From Chlamydiota bacterium (GTDB taxonomy: Bacteria > Chlamydiota > Chlamydiia > Chlamydiales > JAAKFR01), in contig JAJFLY010000003.1 in the NCBI GenBank assembly GCA_021772455.1, positions 7,630-71,629 on the forward strand: DNA of 64,000 nt, given 5' to 3'. Position 1 is the first letter of the stretch; each line of letters starts with the position of its first letter. Below the pieces are notes generated by a model. That model searched no databases. It was given only the letters and a program-made list of their open reading frames with translations, and had not been told where the DNA came from. A program made the translations under genes and the position numbers. Below are positions 27,762-37,210 of this stretch, piece by piece.

Positions 27762-28183
27762 TAGAGCAGAAGTAGGGCAAATACGAAGGCGAAGAGGGAG
27801 AAAGACTCCACAATTCCAATCGCAGCGTAGCACTTTCCATAAATCGCTGGCTGCTTTGCCGAGGCTTGGATCCCCGTCGCGCAACACTTTCCTTGCATCA
27901 CCGATGAGAAGAGCAGGGCAAAACCAATTGAAAAGCCGATCGCAATTCCTCCCATTGGAGAGAGCGATTTATCCTTAATCGCTCCATTCATCAGTAGCAT
28001 GAGGATGAATCCGTAAATCGCCTGAGATGAGGGCATCGCAGACATCCCGATCATCTTTCCGTGTCCTTCGTCAATGCGGGCCATCACAGCGTGTGAAGCC
28101 ATCCCGGCAATCCCGCACCCAAAGGAACTTCCAATCATTGCGAGCCCTAGTACGAGAGCTGGTCCGACAACATCATAGTCCAT
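27761..28183 (-). CDS. atpK: V-type ATPase proteolipid subunit K
   Basis: 140 aa with four hydrophobic helices rich in Gly/Ala. It sits at the end of the V-ATPase cluster. Confidence 0.85.
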   Translation of the reverse strand: MDYDVVGPALVLGLAMIGSSFGCGIAGMASHAVMARIDEGHGKMIGMSAMPSSQAIYGFILMLLMNGAIKDKSLSPMGGIAIGFSIGFALLFSSVMQGKCCATGIQASAKQPAIYGKCYAAIGIVESFSLFAFVFALLLL

Positions 28184-28194
28184 GTGTAATTCTC

Positions 28195-30111
28195 CTAGTC
28201 AATTTTAATAAGTGATAATGGATGAAACTCTTTGCCGCCCCCATCGAAGCTATAATGATACCACTCGATGAAGTTGAGACGCAAGCCGTGGATCACCCCA
28301 CCCATCAGGGCGAGTGTGAGGTTGATCATATGTCCGGCTAAAATCACAAAGATCCCTAAGTAGATCGGCATCGATGTTCCAATTTGGTTAAAAGTGGTCG
28401 CCATAATAATCCCGGCGAGCGAAAGGGCATAAATACGTAAGTACGACATGACATCAGCAAAAACGCCGATGATATTCATGATCTCTTCAAGCCCTTTTAA
28501 ACGTCTTTGGATAAGGGCCAATACAACGCACATTCCAAGCCCCGTAAAGAGGAGATACTTGCCGATCATCCCCCCTAGCTCGTAGGGGACGTGGAAAATG
28601 TAGTGGATGAGCGACAAAGCTCCTAAAAGGAGGGGGAAAAAGAGGTACGAGCCGACCATAAAGATCACCCAACCAAGTCCGGCCCAATTGCGGTCGAGAT
28701 ATCGTAAAAATGAGATGATGATGTGGATCGTTCCAATGAAAATCGCAAGCTCGATTAGGACATTATCGGTAAAGTTATCGTAGATGACATAGTTACCCAT
28801 TCCTTGCTGCTTGCGAGTAATTGTCATCATTAGCTCATGCGGTGTGGCGGCATCTTTGAGCTGTGGATACTCTTGCATGAGGTCAGTGTATGCTTTGGGT
28901 TTATGGGTGAGCAAATACTCTGCTTTCTGGTTTACCATCCAGTTGATGAGCGAGACATCGCGTATCTTACTGTCGGGTTTGATGTCGATCCCGAAGAATG
29001 ACGACATCATCACCCCCCAGAACATACACCCTATCGACAGACTCATTGCGAGCAAAATCACGCGCCGTCCCAGCCCTGCCTTTTTGCCATACTTGAAATA
29101 GAGGAAGAGGGAGAATCCGAATAGTATCAGCCCATATCCAGCGTCGGCTATGATCATAGAAAAAAAGATCCCAAAAGCGACAAAAACCCAAAGGGAGGGG
29201 TCGCGATCGAAGCACGATGGGGTGTCATAAATACTGATGAGATCTTGACCAAGACGTCCGAATCTCTTGTTTTCTAGGTAGGTCGGCACGCGGTCTTTCT
29301 CTTCGATTTGAATCGACTCTATATGGATATCGAGCTCATCAGCAATTTTGAGAACGGCTTGGATTTTATTTTTTGCCACCCACCCTTCGACTGCGAACAC
29401 CTCTCCATTAAGAAGCGATTGCAAGCGCTCTTTGGAATCGTTGAGATGGTAGCGATTAAGAGCATCGACAAGCCCACTTTGGAGGAGTTTTTTCTTGTGG
29501 GCAAGGGAGGCGAGCTCAGACTCGTACTCATCGATTTGACGTTGGATTTGTGCGAGCCGATCGTGTAGCTCACCGAGGGACGTTTCGATAAGTATCTCGA
29601 TAAAGCCGTCGTAATTTGTCCGCTCTTCATTGATCGCGACAAAATAATCGAGTCCATACGCATGGCCCACAAAAAGCACTTCAGGGCGCTTAGGTGCTTC
29701 TAACAGCTCGCTTTTTTTTGCGAAAAAGAATTGAAAAATGCGCCCTGTTTCGGCTTCGATTTCATGAAGGGTTGGAATCGAAAAATCCCCAAATGGCTCG
29801 ATACGCGAGATATCTTTTTCTATAATACGTACTTTTTCCGCCAAGTGCTCAAGCTCATGGCTCCTCTCGACGACATGACGGGCAAGTACCCCAGCAGAGC
29901 GGTAATCATCGGTCGGCCCCTGTTTAACTGATACCATTTGGCGCAAAACATGGAGAGCATCAATCAAGTTTTGAATCTCAGGAGGGGTCTCTAAAGCGGG
30001 AGGAGTGGGTGAGATAAACTCAACAATCCCCTCTTCCTGAATCCGTTTAAAAAACAGATCTCGGACACTCATCGCCCCCATTACGAGGTATTTAGTCACA
30101 TCGACTCGCAT
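28195..30111 (-). CDS. atpI: V-type ATPase subunit I (membrane a-subunit)
   Basis: 638 aa. It has a cytoplasmic coiled-coil N-terminal half and a polytopic C-terminal half with the conserved LRLYALSLAG-type helix (YLRIYALSLAG). Confidence 0.85.
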   Translation of the reverse strand: MRVDVTKYLVMGAMSVRDLFFKRIQEEGIVEFISPTPPALETPPEIQNLIDALHVLRQMVSVKQGPTDDYRSAGVLARHVVERSHELEHLAEKVRIIEKDISRIEPFGDFSIPTLHEIEAETGRIFQFFFAKKSELLEAPKRPEVLFVGHAYGLDYFVAINEERTNYDGFIEILIETSLGELHDRLAQIQRQIDEYESELASLAHKKKLLQSGLVDALNRYHLNDSKERLQSLLNGEVFAVEGWVAKNKIQAVLKIADELDIHIESIQIEEKDRVPTYLENKRFGRLGQDLISIYDTPSCFDRDPSLWVFVAFGIFFSMIIADAGYGLILFGFSLFLYFKYGKKAGLGRRVILLAMSLSIGCMFWGVMMSSFFGIDIKPDSKIRDVSLINWMVNQKAEYLLTHKPKAYTDLMQEYPQLKDAATPHELMMTITRKQQGMGNYVIYDNFTDNVLIELAIFIGTIHIIISFLRYLDRNWAGLGWVIFMVGSYLFFPLLLGALSLIHYIFHVPYELGGMIGKYLLFTGLGMCVVLALIQRRLKGLEEIMNIIGVFADVMSYLRIYALSLAGIIMATTFNQIGTSMPIYLGIFVILAGHMINLTLALMGGVIHGLRLNFIEWYHYSFDGGGKEFHPLSLIKID

Positions 30112-30712
30112 GCTTCCTCTGCTCTATTTTTGCTTTGGCTACTTTAGCTTGCCCCACGGCAGCCAACTCCTGATCCCCTAAGAAGATCTTAATTTTTTTG
30201 ATGTTGCGCTTCGATTTAGGGATAAGGTTCTTCTCAAAAAGATTCACCCGGATGGAAACCTCCCTAAGCTCTTTTTCAAGCGCGGCTTTTTTTTCCTGAG
30301 CGATCAAAACTTTGACACGTGCTACCGCCATCTCCCTTAACTGATCAACCGTCACATCCAACCAGGCTGGCGTGCTAAAAAGAGGGTAATCAAAAGGCTC
30401 AAATTCGATCCCTTTGTAAAGTGGAATGTCAACGCCAGCTATATTTTCATACTCTTTATCAACATGCTTAACTTTAGCCGCATCTGTGAGATTTAGCCCC
30501 ACACGCTCATTCAAAAGCCCACCAGAATGCGTAGCGGTCAAACGCGCCTCATCGAATCTCTCTTCGAGACGCAAAATTTCGACACGCACCTCATTCACTT
30601 CCGTTTGCAGCATCGCCTTTTTCAACTGAAGTGTTGGTAAGTACTTCTCAAGTTGATTTAAGCGCACCTGCTCAGAGCGTAATGCATTTTTTGTTAACTT
30701 TACCTCGGTCAT
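30092..30712 (-). CDS. atpD: V-type ATPase subunit D
   Basis: 206-aa coiled-coil protein starting VKLTKNALRSEQVRLNQLEKYLPTLQLKK, as in V/A-type D subunits. Confidence 0.85.
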   Translation of the reverse strand: MTEVKLTKNALRSEQVRLNQLEKYLPTLQLKKAMLQTEVNEVRVEILRLEERFDEARLTATHSGGLLNERVGLNLTDAAKVKHVDKEYENIAGVDIPLYKGIEFEPFDYPLFSTPAWLDVTVDQLREMAVARVKVLIAQEKKAALEKELREVSIRVNLFEKNLIPKSKRNIKKIKIFLGDQELAAVGQAKVAKAKIEQRKHASRCD

Positions 30713-32010
30713 TAACCTGGCCAGTATTTATCAATCAAACTTTGCTTAATTCCAACTTCATGCCTTTGGAAGCACTCAGAGAGGAGTTTCCACCCTAAAT
30801 CGAGCGCTTCTTCAACTGTGATATTCACTTCCAAATTCATCATCTCTTTTTCAAAAAGGCGACTATAGCTAATCAGCTTTTCATCCCACCTTGAGACTTT
30901 AAAACCCATTGACTCGCGCTCTTTCGCCTTCTTTGAATCAGCATAGAGACGAATCAAGGCATTTGCGATATCTCCATGATCTTCACGCGTAACTTTTCCA
31001 ATCACCTGTTGTTTCAAGCGGGAAAGAGAGCCAAATGGGTCGATATAGCCACCGTGTAGATAGAACTGCCCCTCGGTGATATAACCGGTGTTATCAGGAA
31101 CCGGATGGGTCACATCATCGCCAGGCATTGTGGTCACACTAATCAGGGTAATCGAGCCACTATTTTCAATATCGACCGCTTTTTCGTAGCGGGATGCTAA
31201 ATCAGAATAGAGCGATCCGGGATATCCACGATTGGAAGGAATTTGATCCATCGTGATCGAAATTTCTTTAATTGCATCGGCAAAAGCTGTCATATCTGTT
31301 AGCAATACAAGGACATCTTTCCCATCTGTCGCAAATTTTTCGGCACACGCAAGTGCCATATCGGGAGCAAGCATACACTCAACGGCTGGATCGATCGCTC
31401 TGTGGACAAACATCACCGTCTTCTGGACCGATCCCGACTCTTCGGCATTATCGATAAACGCTTGGTAATCGGCAAAAGTTAGTCCCATTCCTGCGATCAC
31501 AACGACATCGGCGTCTGTTTGGTTGGCGATTCGCATAAGAAGTTGGTTATAAGGTTCCCCTGCGACGGAGAAAATCGGAATTTTTTGCGATTTTACGAGG
31601 CAGTTGAAGACATCGATCATTGGAATATTTGTGCGGACCATCTGACGTGGAATAATCCTCTTAACGGGATTGAAGGAGGGTTGTCCAATGTCAACTTTAT
31701 CCCCTGTAATCTCGGGACCGTTGTCGATCGGTTTACCTGTACCACTGAGACGCCTTCCTAGGAGCGCATCACCGTAGGTAGCTTCCATTTGCCGTTTTAG
31801 GAATGTAACTTTATCTCCAGTAGAAATCCCTCTGGTTCCTCCAAACACCTGCAAGGTAACCTGATCTCCCTCAAATTGAAGAACCGAGGCGTAAGTGATC
31901 TGCCCATCTTTTTTCTCAATTTGAGCCATTTCCCCTAAAAATACCCCAGTCGCTGTCACGGTAATCAAGTTACCGCGCATATCATTGATTCTATCGTGCA
32001 CAGTCTTCAT
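30712..32010 (-). CDS. atpB: V-type ATPase subunit B
   Basis: 432 aa of the non-catalytic B-type, with the nucleotide-site region ([13 protein letters not shown]) and [30 protein letters not shown]. Confidence 0.9.
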   Translation of the reverse strand: MKTVHDRINDMRGNLITVTATGVFLGEMAQIEKKDGQITYASVLQFEGDQVTLQVFGGTRGISTGDKVTFLKRQMEATYGDALLGRRLSGTGKPIDNGPEITGDKVDIGQPSFNPVKRIIPRQMVRTNIPMIDVFNCLVKSQKIPIFSVAGEPYNQLLMRIANQTDADVVVIAGMGLTFADYQAFIDNAEESGSVQKTVMFVHRAIDPAVECMLAPDMALACAEKFATDGKDVLVLLTDMTAFADAIKEISITMDQIPSNRGYPGSLYSDLASRYEKAVDIENSGSITLISVTTMPGDDVTHPVPDNTGYITEGQFYLHGGYIDPFGSLSRLKQQVIGKVTREDHGDIANALIRLYADSKKAKERESMGFKVSRWDEKLISYSRLFEKEMMNLEVNITVEEALDLGWKLLSECFQRHEVGIKQSLIDKYWPG

Positions 32011-33773
32011 AACTTCCTTGCTGTTTCAATCAATTCATGGATCTCAGAGAGCGCTTTTTTAAATTCGTCGGTCTCAAAAGGAATCGAGTTCATAGTTTTG
32101 ATTTTACCTTGCAGTTGAAGGAAAAACTCACGCGCCCGATCGCGGCTGCTGAATTCAAAGGCTGTATTGAATATGCGATCGATGAGTTTAAAGAGTGGAA
32201 TTTGCCGGTTTAATGGACAGTAGGAATCTACTTTATCGAAAGCATTTTGCTGCAAATAACAAAAATCATACAGCTCAGCCTTGAGGTGGATGATCATGTC
32301 ATCGAGAGAGGTTCCTTCTTCTCCTACAACTTCCATCCGCTTGCCAATCTCATTTCCTTCGATAAGTATCCGCTCAGCCTTCATCACCATCTCGCCCCAC
32401 CCTGGAACCTCTTCTTCCAACTGTTTCGAAACATCACCTACATATTTTGACCATGAAATGAGGGTATCGACCGAGGGGTAGCGACGCGCATCAGAACGTG
32501 CTCTAGAAAGGCCGCAAAATGCGCCGACAACAGCAAGTGTTGCTTGCGTGACAGGCTCTTCAAAATTCCCCCCCGCAGGAGAGACAGCTCCGCAGATGGT
32601 AATCGACCCTTGCTTCTTATTTTTAAGAGAGACAACACCACCCCGTTCATAGAATGCCGCGATTCGAGAAGCCAAATAAGCCGGAAAAGCCTCTTCACCG
32701 GGAATTTCCTCCAACCGACCAGACATCTCGCGCAGTGCTTGTGCCCAGCGGGATGTAGAATCGGCGAGTAATAAGACATCAAGCCCCATTTGCCGGTAGT
32801 ACTCAGCAATTGTCACACCCATATAGATCGAAGATTCGCGGGCAGAGACCGGCATCGAAGAGGTGTTACAGATAATACATGTACGGGTAATAAGAGGTTC
32901 GTTGGTATGGGGATCGGTCAATTCAGGGAATTCGCGCAAAATTTCGACAACTTCCCCGGCTCGCTCCCCACATGCACATAAAACCACAAGGTCGACAGAC
33001 GAATATTTTGAAAGGTGGTGTTGTAAAACGGTTTTCCCAGCGCCAAAGGGCCCGGGAGTACAAAACGTTCCTCCCTTCATAATAGGGATCTGGGTGTCTA
33101 AAATGCGCAAACCTGTATCCATCATGCGAGTCGGCTTCACCTTTTCCCCTTGGAAAAGTCCCATTTTGATCGGCCATTTCTGCACCATAGTGAAGGTATG
33201 CTCCTCACCACGCTCATCACGACCGCGCGCCACAACTGTATCGACTGTGTACTTCCCCGAAGAGATAACCCAGGTCAGGGTGATTTTTCCAAAAAATGAG
33301 AAAGGAACCATAATGTGATGCTCAAAACGCCCCTCCATTGTGGTTCCGAGCGTATCGCCACGCTCAAGAGTGTCGCCAATTTTTGCCACGGTCAAATAAT
33401 CCCATTCCTGCTCGCGATCGATAGCAGGAACATAGACGCCGCGAGGAAGAAAGTATCCCGACTCCTCAGCAATCACTTCCAGTCTATTTTGTAGACCATC
33501 AAAAATCGTCTTTAAAAGACCGGGTCCAAGTTCAGCTTCGAGAAGGTCGCCAGTAAATTTGACCAGGCTATTGAGTTTCACACCACGCGTATCTTCATAA
33601 ACCTGAAGTTTAACTTCATTCCCGACAACCTCAATTACTTCAGCTTTAAGACCGGTTCCATCGACCTCTACAAAACCGACCTCACCTTGGCGCACATTGC
33701 CCTCAAATTCGACCTGCAAAAGATTTCCAAAAGCGCGGACAACCCTTCCTGTTGCTGATGTAGATAGTGTCAT
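32007..33773 (-). CDS. atpA: V-type ATPase catalytic subunit A
   Basis: 588 aa with Walker A GPFGAGKT, a Walker B region ([12 protein letters not shown]) and [11 protein letters not shown]. Confidence 0.95.
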   Translation of the reverse strand: MTLSTSATGRVVRAFGNLLQVEFEGNVRQGEVGFVEVDGTGLKAEVIEVVGNEVKLQVYEDTRGVKLNSLVKFTGDLLEAELGPGLLKTIFDGLQNRLEVIAEESGYFLPRGVYVPAIDREQEWDYLTVAKIGDTLERGDTLGTTMEGRFEHHIMVPFSFFGKITLTWVISSGKYTVDTVVARGRDERGEEHTFTMVQKWPIKMGLFQGEKVKPTRMMDTGLRILDTQIPIMKGGTFCTPGPFGAGKTVLQHHLSKYSSVDLVVLCACGERAGEVVEILREFPELTDPHTNEPLITRTCIICNTSSMPVSARESSIYMGVTIAEYYRQMGLDVLLLADSTSRWAQALREMSGRLEEIPGEEAFPAYLASRIAAFYERGGVVSLKNKKQGSITICGAVSPAGGNFEEPVTQATLAVVGAFCGLSRARSDARRYPSVDTLISWSKYVGDVSKQLEEEVPGWGEMVMKAERILIEGNEIGKRMEVVGEEGTSLDDMIIHLKAELYDFCYLQQNAFDKVDSYCPLNRQIPLFKLIDRIFNTAFEFSSRDRAREFFLQLQGKIKTMNSIPFETDEFKKALSEIHELIETARKL

Positions 33774-34564
33774 TGTATTTCCTTCTGAATGGTATCGATT
33801 ACCTGTATTCCTTTTTGCACGTCAAGATCAAGCCATCTTTCGCATAAAATCAGACGCGCGACATAATTCAAGAGGCGGTTTAAGGTGAAAATGTCACCGC
33901 CCCACAACTCAACGATATGGTTAAACTGATAGGTGTAGACCGCTTTATGTAAATCTTGAGGAGAATCCCCATACTCTTCGAATATGGGCTTAAGCTCCTT
34001 GTATTCAAATGGGGGCTCATACACCTTTGCATCTTTTTGAGCGAGTATTTGCGCCACAATAGGATCTGTTGCATCCTCATATTGCAGTTCAACTGCGACA
34101 TCCCTTCCCAATTTTTTTGCCCGAAATCCCACCATTACAAGGCGCATTTCTCTCTGAAAATTATAAAAATCTTTCAAGAAGCCCTCTTGGTCTTCCATCT
34201 GATATTGAAAAAACAGACTCATTAAAAGAGGGAAATATTCTAAGCGGTCCTCATTAGAATGATACTTATTTAAATAATCCTGTAAAAAGAGCGGGAAATC
34301 CTCACCATTTGGCCACTGGAAATCCAAAAGAGCCTGCTCCATCTCATGACTGTTCAGATTTCCTCTCGGATCAAATGGCTCTTTCGCCCAAAAAGAGCGT
34401 AGATTTTCGAGATCAATGAAGCGCAAAAACCGCCACACACGCCTCTGATCAACATCCGTGAGATTGATACGCACAAGCTCCTTGAGTTCGGGAAAACCAA
34501 GACCTGGAACGTGCCCGATCTCCAAAGGAGGCAAAAGACTCGCTATGAAATAGTATTCAGTCAT
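33770..34564 (-). CDS. conserved V-ATPase-operon protein of unknown role (DUF2764-like, from memory)
   Basis: 264-aa helical protein between atpE and atpA. Its stop overlaps the atpA start (ATGA). A gene occupies the same slot in chlamydial V-ATPase operons, as I recall. Confidence 0.6.
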   Translation of the reverse strand: MTEYYFIASLLPPLEIGHVPGLGFPELKELVRINLTDVDQRRVWRFLRFIDLENLRSFWAKEPFDPRGNLNSHEMEQALLDFQWPNGEDFPLFLQDYLNKYHSNEDRLEYFPLLMSLFFQYQMEDQEGFLKDFYNFQREMRLVMVGFRAKKLGRDVAVELQYEDATDPIVAQILAQKDAKVYEPPFEYKELKPIFEEYGDSPQDLHKAVYTYQFNHIVELWGGDIFTLNRLLNYVARLILCERWLDLDVQKGIQVIDTIQKEIQ

Positions 34565-34573
34565 ATTTTTTTG

Positions 34574-35200
34574 TTACGATTGAAACAGGAGTTCTCGAAA
34601 ATCCTTGCGGATATAGCTTCCAAGAAGCTCTTTTAGAGCATCATCACTTAAATCAAGCGTAAGCTTACGATCAAGCAATTTCAGCTTTACTCCTCCAAAA
34701 AAATCCCCGACGGTAACCGATTTTTCGCTTAACTTATCGATAATTTCTTTAACGAGTATTGCATTAACCTTATCAGCAGGAATTTGCGCAGGAATTTGAG
34801 CTGAAAAATCAGCACTAACGCCCTCTTTTTCAACAGCATCCACCAAAACAGCAATCAGTTTTGCCCCCACTTTTGGATCGGCTGTATTATTTTTTAGCCA
34901 TTCATTTAGCTCGCCATTGAAAAGCTTGTTTTCAATATCTTGCTTTAAAGCTTCGATTCCCTGGCGACACGCCTGCTTCATAGAGCTTTGAAAGAGCTCC
35001 TTTTCCTTTTCCATTTTGGCTTTTGCGTTATTGAGGGTTTCCTCAGCTTTGGCCTCGGCATCACGGATAATCTGATGCGCTTCTTGCCCCGCTACTTCAA
35101 TGATCTTTTGCGCCTCTTCTTTTGCAGGCAACAGCGTTTCATCTTTGAGAATATCGCAGATTTTTTTAATTTTATCTTTGCCTGTTTCTAAGTTCTCCAT
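34574..35200 (-). CDS. atpE: V-type ATPase subunit E
   Basis: 208 aa with a long N-terminal charged helix (KEEAQKIIEVAGQEAHQIIRDAEAKAEETLNNAKAKMEKEKE) and a globular C-terminus. It is the first gene of the cluster. Confidence 0.8.
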   Translation of the reverse strand: MENLETGKDKIKKICDILKDETLLPAKEEAQKIIEVAGQEAHQIIRDAEAKAEETLNNAKAKMEKEKELFQSSMKQACRQGIEALKQDIENKLFNGELNEWLKNNTADPKVGAKLIAVLVDAVEKEGVSADFSAQIPAQIPADKVNAILVKEIIDKLSEKSVTVGDFFGGVKLKLLDRKLTLDLSDDALKELLGSYIRKDFRELLFQS

Positions 35201-35311
35201 TATCCTTAGCCTTTACTGTATTAGATCTATCTTGAGCTCACCTTATCAGCGAGGGAGTAGATTGGCAAACAAAACGATTAAATTCAAGGCCCAACTGCGG
35301 AGGTTAGAAAG

Positions 35312-35788
35312 ATGCGTCTTTTTTTCTGTTTTATGTTTCTACTTTGTGCCACTGCGGTTCATGCAGACACACTTTCTGTTGTTCCTCCAAAAGGATGGGA
35401 AAGGATCCGCGATCCCGAGCAACTCCCTCAAAAAGTATCCGTTATTTATATCGGATCGGGAAAAAGTCCCTTCTCACCCTCGATAAACCTTGCTACTGAA
35501 GAAACAACTCTCCCTGTAAATGAGTACATGACTCTTGCCAAATCCTATCATATTGCTCAAGCAAACACTCATTGTAAACAACTTGGAACTATCGATACAA
35601 ATGCCGGAAAAGCAAACCTGCTTCAAATCGACCGTCCTACCCAATGGGGTCCAGTGCGCTTTATACAAGGTGTTATTGTACAAGACGAGAAAGCCTTTGT
35701 GGTCACAGCAACGTGTCTCCAAGAAGAATTTGCTTCTCTATCCGCACAGATATTCAAATCGATTCAATCTTTCACAATCTCTCAGTAG
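35312..35788 (+). CDS. secreted hypothetical protein
   Basis: It has the signal peptide MRLFFCFMFLLCATAVHA, then VVPPKGWERI, a P.GW start reminiscent of PsbP/DUF1795-like folds (weak). Confidence 0.55.
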   Translation: MRLFFCFMFLLCATAVHADTLSVVPPKGWERIRDPEQLPQKVSVIYIGSGKSPFSPSINLATEETTLPVNEYMTLAKSYHIAQANTHCKQLGTIDTNAGKANLLQIDRPTQWGPVRFIQGVIVQDEKAFVVTATCLQEEFASLSAQIFKSIQSFTISQ

Positions 35789-35854
35789 GAAATTATGATT
35801 GCGTTTCAAAGAAAAGAATTGCTATAACCTAGCTTCTAAACCAATGAGGTCACA

Positions 35855-36118
35855 ATGAAAAAATATATCTCGCTATTTCTACTGCTCATGATGGCTTTAG
35901 CAACATCTATTCATGCAAACCATCCTGTTAATGCCTGCCCGGATTCATGTGAATCCCAAACGTGCTACGATCCATGCGATCCATGTATCCCGTGCGCTCC
36001 AGCTTGTGGCACACGCTGCGGAGTCAATTGGGTCCGTATTGGAGTTGCAACAGGAGTTGTCGTCGCAGTTGGTGTGGCGATTGCAGTTAGTCGTGACTCA
36101 TCACATTCCCATAATTAA
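35855..36118 (+). CDS. small Cys-rich membrane-anchored protein, array member 1
   Basis: The signal is MKKYISLFLLLMMALATSIHA. The core has 8 Cys, including CYDPCDPCIPCAPACGTRCG. The C-terminal hydrophobic helix is IGVATGVVVAVGVAIAV and the tail is SRDSSHSHN. A GAGG RBS is present. Confidence 0.7.
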   Translation: MKKYISLFLLLMMALATSIHANHPVNACPDSCESQTCYDPCDPCIPCAPACGTRCGVNWVRIGVATGVVVAVGVAIAVSRDSSHSHN

Positions 36119-36138
36119 TTAATAGCAGGAGCCTTGCT

Positions 36139-36429
36139 TTGAATAAGTTCGTTGCCATCTTAGCCATTCTTGTTATCTCCTCTGGCATGACCCTTTCGGC
36201 AAACTCCTGCCATTCTGACCCAGGTGATTGTTCGCCTTGTTGTGAACAACCCTGTGCAACCGATTGTTGCTTCCCTTGTGATCCATGTGATATTGCGGCT
36301 CCTGTTTGTGGAACTAACTGTGGTTTGACAGTATGTTCCATCGCAGTTACAATTGCTGCGATCGTTGGTGTGGCTGCGATCATCATTGCAAGTCCAAATT
36401 CTAGCTCTGTCCACCTCCACAATCCGTAA
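36139..36429 (+). CDS. small Cys-rich membrane-anchored protein, array member 2
   Basis: It has a TTG start 6-10 nt after AGGAG. The signal is MNKFVAILAILVISSGMTLSA. The core has 12 Cys, including CFPCDPCDIAAPVCGTNCG. The helix is SIAVTIAAIVGVAAIIIA and the tail is SPNSSSVHLHNP. Confidence 0.65.
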   Translation: MNKFVAILAILVISSGMTLSANSCHSDPGDCSPCCEQPCATDCCFPCDPCDIAAPVCGTNCGLTVCSIAVTIAAIVGVAAIIIASPNSSSVHLHNP

Positions 36430-36504
36430 TCAAAAAAAACCGATTGCGTTCAAAATGAAAGGTTTGATATCTATATCTCCAACAAAAAAACAGAAAGGTT
36501 CATC

Positions 36505-36819
36505 ATGAAAAGTCTCGTTGCTTTATTATGTGCTATCTCACTTGGAATGCCTCTTATCGGAGCAGATAATCCTAACCTAAATTATCAAAACTACAATCAT
36601 GGATATTGTCCAGAGTGCAATTGTACCCCATGTGGATGTGGAGAGCCAGCACCGGCATGTGCAGCACCCGCTTGTGCCCCATGTGATCCGTGCGCACCTG
36701 TTTGTGGAGCTGAGTGTGGCATTTCTCTTTGTGCCATAGGTGTTGGGATCGCCGCGGCTGCAGCAGCAGCCGTTCTCATCATCGCATCAGGAAGTGGTTC
36801 ACAACACCATCACAACTAG
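36505..36819 (+). CDS. small Cys-rich membrane-anchored protein, array member 3
   Basis: The signal is MKSLVALLCAISLGMPLIGA. It has NYQNYNHGYCPECNCTPCGC, then CAPCDPCAPVCGAECG. The helix is AIGVGIAAAAAAAVLIIA and the tail is SGSGSQHHHN. Confidence 0.7.
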   Translation: MKSLVALLCAISLGMPLIGADNPNLNYQNYNHGYCPECNCTPCGCGEPAPACAAPACAPCDPCAPVCGAECGISLCAIGVGIAAAAAAAVLIIASGSGSQHHHN

Positions 36820-36832
36820 AACTAATAGTATT

Positions 36833-37210
36833 ATGAAAACACTTATTACTCTCCTATCTGTATTTTTCCTATCGTGCAGCTCAATACTTACGGCTGCAAG
36901 CAATACATTTTTGGATTACCAAAATTACAACCATGGGTACTGCCCCGATTGTAATTGCAGTCCCTGTAAATGCAGCGGAGGAGGATGTCAAGCTCCAGCT
37001 CCAGATACTGCAAAAAATCCTAAAGATCCAGTTAATCCACCAAGCGACTGTCCAAAACCCAACCCGTGTTCCCCTCCTGCAACAACTGCCTGCACTCAGT
37101 GTGGTTTAAATGTAATCTATGTTGGAATTGGAATGGTTGTTCTTGCCGCAGCCGCTGTAATCATTGTCGGCTCTGACAATGGAAGTGTCCATGGCCATTC
37201 TGCTCCATGA
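36833..37210 (+). CDS. small Cys-rich membrane-anchored protein, array member 4 (with Pro-rich insert)
   Basis: Start at the ATG at 36833 (MKTLITLLSVFFLSCSSILTAA), not the tracked 36740, which overlaps member 3. It has YQNYNHGYCPDCNCSPCKC, a Pro-rich spacer and ACTQCG. The helix is YVGIGMVVLAAAAVIIVG and the tail is SDNGSVHGHSAP. Confidence 0.7.
   Translation: MKTLITLLSVFFLSCSSILTAASNTFLDYQNYNHGYCPDCNCSPCKCSGGGCQAPAPDTAKNPKDPVNPPSDCPKPNPCSPPATTACTQCGLNVIYVGIGMVVLAAAAVIIVGSDNGSVHGHSAP

Noticed and set aside
27762-27887. 42-codon N-terminal extension of the lipoprotein ORF into atpK
   Set aside because: The internal ATG gives a signal/lipobox-like N-terminus and a classic TAATG stop-start junction with atpK.
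36087-36782. Antisense ORFs (36087-36422, 36160-36420, 36597-36782) across the Cys-rich array
   Set aside because: TGC/TGT-CCx-GCx codon runs give open Ala/Gly/His/Gln frames on the opposite strand. The sense frames have signal peptides, RBS-like sequences and a four-fold conserved architecture.
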